This document shows, piece by piece, positions 59,688 through 64,000 of a DNA stretch of 64,000 nucleotides. The notes beneath the pieces are model-generated. The model was given only the letters and a program-made list of their open reading frames with translations. It was not told the DNA's origin and did not search any database. The stretch comes from the human T2T-CHM13v2.0 reference genome, Homo sapiens: assembly GCF_009914755.1 (NCBI RefSeq), contig NC_060929.1. One strand, given 5' to 3'. Every line of letters begins with the position of its first letter. The stretch's first letter is position 1. A program made the translations under genes and the position numbers.

Positions 59688-60142
59688 CTGCAGGAGGCAA
59701 GAGAGACCAGGGCTTAGGGAGGGACATGACCTGGGTCACACGAACAGGAATGCCCCACAATGACCACTCCCAGGCACTCTCATTTGCTTCTGTTGCTTTT
59801 TTTTTTTTTTTTTTTTTTTTGAGATAGAATCTCGCTCTGTCACCCAGGCTGGAGTGCAGTGGCATGATCTGGACTCACTGAAACCTCTGCCTCCCAGGTT
59901 CAAGTGATTCTCCTGCCTCAGCCTCTGGAATAGCTGGGATTACAGGCACCTGCCACCACATCCAGCTAATTTTTGTATTGTTAGTAGAGACCGGGTTTCA
60001 CCACATTAGCCAGGATGGTCTTGATCTCCTGACCTCGTGATCCGCCTGCCTCGGCCTCCCAAAGTGCTGGGATTACAGGCTTGAGCCACCGTGCCCGGCC
60101 CTGAACCAATGCGCCCGGCCCGCTTTTTTTTAATTTAATTTT

Positions 60143-60416
<274 letters not shown>

Positions 60417-61245
60417 TAGATTAGATATATTATTAACGAATTGCTTCCTTTAACACGCTATTCATTGAATTTTCCAGTAAACCACAATTACTAATTACTC
60501 CTGAAATCAGAAAAGAGGTTAAAAAGATTTTATAACAGTATCTTATGAAATCTACTACTTTCAAGTAATAGTAGTTGAATTACCAAAACCCGTCACTCAA
60601 GCCAATGACTACAATTAAGATATCAGTAATATTTCCTAGATAAATAAAGTCAATTAATTATATTTGCATCTGGGAAATAGAGAAAGTACATATAAGCCAT
60701 GATTTTGAAGTCAAAAGAGAGAGAATATTTGGCAAGGAGGGGTGAGTTATAGTATGTAACTATAACATATAGTAGTTTTTTGTATGCTGGTAACTAATTT
60801 TAATTTCCTACATTTTTATGTAGATTTCTGCTATTCTTGTGCTGTTTTCCTAATCACCTTTCTATATGGATGACTACATAAGTCTGAGAATACCAAAAGA
60901 GACAGACACAGAACCAATCGGATTCCTTTCTTCTTGAAGCTTCTGCACAGCAGAAGAAACTGTCAACAGAGTGAACAGACAACCTACAGAATAGGAGAAA
61001 ACTGTTGCAACAATGCATGTGACAAAGATCTAATGTCCAACACTGATAATGAACTTAAACAAATTTACAAGAAAAAAAAATCTCATTAGAAAGTGGGCAA
61101 AGGACATAAACAGACACTTCAAAAGAAGACACACATGCGGCCAACAAGCATATGAAAAAAAGCCCAATATCGCTGATCATTAGAGAAATGCAAATCAAAA
61201 CCACAATGGCATACCATCTCACACCAGTCAGAATGGTTATTATTA

Positions 61246-61536
<291 letters not shown>

Positions 61537-61872
61537 TCAAAAAAAAAAAAAAAAAAAAAAATTTGAATTTTGTTTAAATCACTAACACATACTGGGCATT
61601 TAATAACAAAAAAAAGGACATGAGATTGTGATCCTTAGGAGGGTTTGAGAGGCATTTCACTAGGGTTCAACATAGAGCAGTCTGAAACATACTGTAATAA
61701 TTTAATCCAATGGCTCATCTACAGCACCTAAAAAGATTACAGCAGATTCTCATTATTCAGTGTAGTTACGGTCTAGAAAGTTCCATGAACAAATAAAAAG
61801 TTAGGTTTCAGCAAGCTACTGGTCACATTTTTGTAAGCTTACCAACACCTACTTTTGTTGTATGTGTGCTTA

Positions 61873-62176
<304 letters not shown>

Positions 62177-63312
62177 CTATCTCAAAAAAAATAATAATAA
62201 TTAATTAAATGAAGAATAAATAAATAATATACATTGTTCATTCATTAACATTGAACTCACAGCCAATGGCACTACAGCACTCACGCCTGAATGGAGTTTA
62301 TTCAATGCATGTATTTCCTCTGTAAGACACATCACAGACTTCTTGGACTTGTGAATGCTAAGCAGCACTTCAGCACTATGCTTGGGGGTTAATTTAAATG
62401 GCAAAACAACCAACAAACAATACAAAAACAGGAAAAGCATGGCATTAAATAGACCACAAAAAGGATACCTGACTATTGTATGAGAGCTGAAAAAGAAGGC
62501 AGAATATCATCCTGTTCAAACTCAAATTCTTTTGACACTCTGCGCAAACACATGACTATGAAAGGCTGTGAGTACTGATTTGGGGGTTACAAAAAATAGT
62601 AGGTGAGTTCACAAATACAAAAGCTGAAAACAAGGAGGATAGACTGTATTTTCGTAGACAATCTAATCTCAGAAGATTTCAATTCAGACAAAAATCATGA
62701 GAATTACTGTATTACAAAAGGGCACTAGATAGGGGAAAAAGAGTAAAAATCACAATTAAAACAAAGGTTCAAAATTCTGCAGCAACCATATCCAGTTACA
62801 CTTTAATATGTTTGTGGCAGACTACATTATTGTTCCCAACTCATCACCCCTCCCTATATCTAAAACCTTTCCCCAAGACAATGCAGTTCCTCCTGCTAGA
62901 GATCAGGTATATTTATCTATACTATCAATGTTAGCCATGGACAAGGTATGTGCTTTGGCTGACTGAATGTTAGTGGACATGATAGAAGCAATGGCTTAAA
63001 ATGTACTTCCAGAACTGGAGTTTCCTTGTGATTCTATCACTGTGACAAAAACACATTCTCAGGTAGTCCACTGATCCAAGGGGGAACAAACACACAGAAA
63101 ACATACCTAGACTCTATCTGCAGCTCGCAGCCTCACCAAGCCAGGAACAGTCAACTCACAGATATGTTAGCAAAAATAAATGTTTTTCGTACCTTAAGTT
63201 TTATATAATTATTGACCTATAGTTAACTGATATACAATATACATTAATCTTAAAATATCATTATCCCATTAAAAATATTTACATTAAAAACTGAGACCAC
63301 TTTCTTTCCTCC

Positions 63313-63344
<32 letters not shown>

Positions 63345-63776
63345 AGACAGGGTGTCTCAATGTTGCCCAAGCTGGAGTTCAGTGGCTAGTGGCTATTCAC
63401 AAGAACGATCATCGCACACTACCTCAAACTCCTGGGATCAAGCAATCCTCCTGCCTCAGCTTTCCAAGTCGCTGGGACAATAAGTGTGTACCACAGCATG
63501 TCAGCTCTCTCTCTCCTTCTTGACCTAAAGCCTAGCATAAAATTAGCTAAGTAGAATGTTTCCAAAGATGCCTGCATCAGTATCTCCCATCCCACATAAT
63601 TTCTGTTTGATTTTGCCATTCACCCATAAAATGGTGGGATCTACCTCCCCTCCTTGCAAATTTGAGCTGGCCCTCTGATCCTGTCTAAGATCTGAAGCCA
63701 GATATTAAGGTACTTCATTAATTTCCATGTTTGTCCTCTATGCAACCTAGCAATCAAGCCAGAAGTCAAAACATAC

Positions 63777-64000
63777 TGACATAGTTTGGATGGGTCCCCA
63801 CCCAAATCTCACCTTGCATTGGAATAATTCCCACGTGTCAAGGGTGGGGCCAGGTGCAGATAACTGAATCATGGGGATGGTTCCCCCCATACTGTTCTCG
63901 TGGTAGTGACTAAGTCTCATGAGATCTGATGGTTTTATAAATGGGAGCTCCCCTGCACATGCTCTCTCCTGCCTTGCCACTATGTGAGACATGCTTTTGC
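63777..64000 (+). mobile_element. THE1-type 5' LTR (copy 3, cut by the window end)
   Basis: Same as 22900 onward. Confidence 0.9.

Overview
Human/great-ape genomic DNA from a segmental-duplication region. It most resembles the GUSB-pseudogene/POM121-like duplicons of chromosome 5 (5q13 SMN region or 5p14), but the exact locus cannot be fixed by eye. Bases 1 to ~10,030 are AT-rich, Alu-free DNA with old LTR, L1 and DNA-transposon relics. Bases ~10,030-14,406 are an Alu-rich, GUSB-derived block with exon 11 and a young L1PA2-like insertion. From 14,407 to the end of the window lies a head-to-tail tandem array of ~20.44-kb units (two complete, one partial), about 99.9% identical by eye. Each complete unit carries three things. 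(1) A minus-strand GUSB pseudogene cassette: exon 5, truncated exon 6, exon 9 and frameshifted exon 10. (2) A THE1-type MaLR retroelement whose truncated 3' LTR keeps a TATA box and a DUX4-type motif. (3) Downstream on the same + strand, an intronless, fully open POM121-like ORF: 1165 aa from the first ATG, four in-frame internal repeats, a C-terminal hydrophobic helix and AATAAA after the stop. The best candidate system is a copy-number-variable, possibly LTR/DUX4-driven retrogene encoding a repeat-expanded POM121 fragment with a newly acquired tail anchor. The architecture is visible in the sequence; expression and function are inference only.
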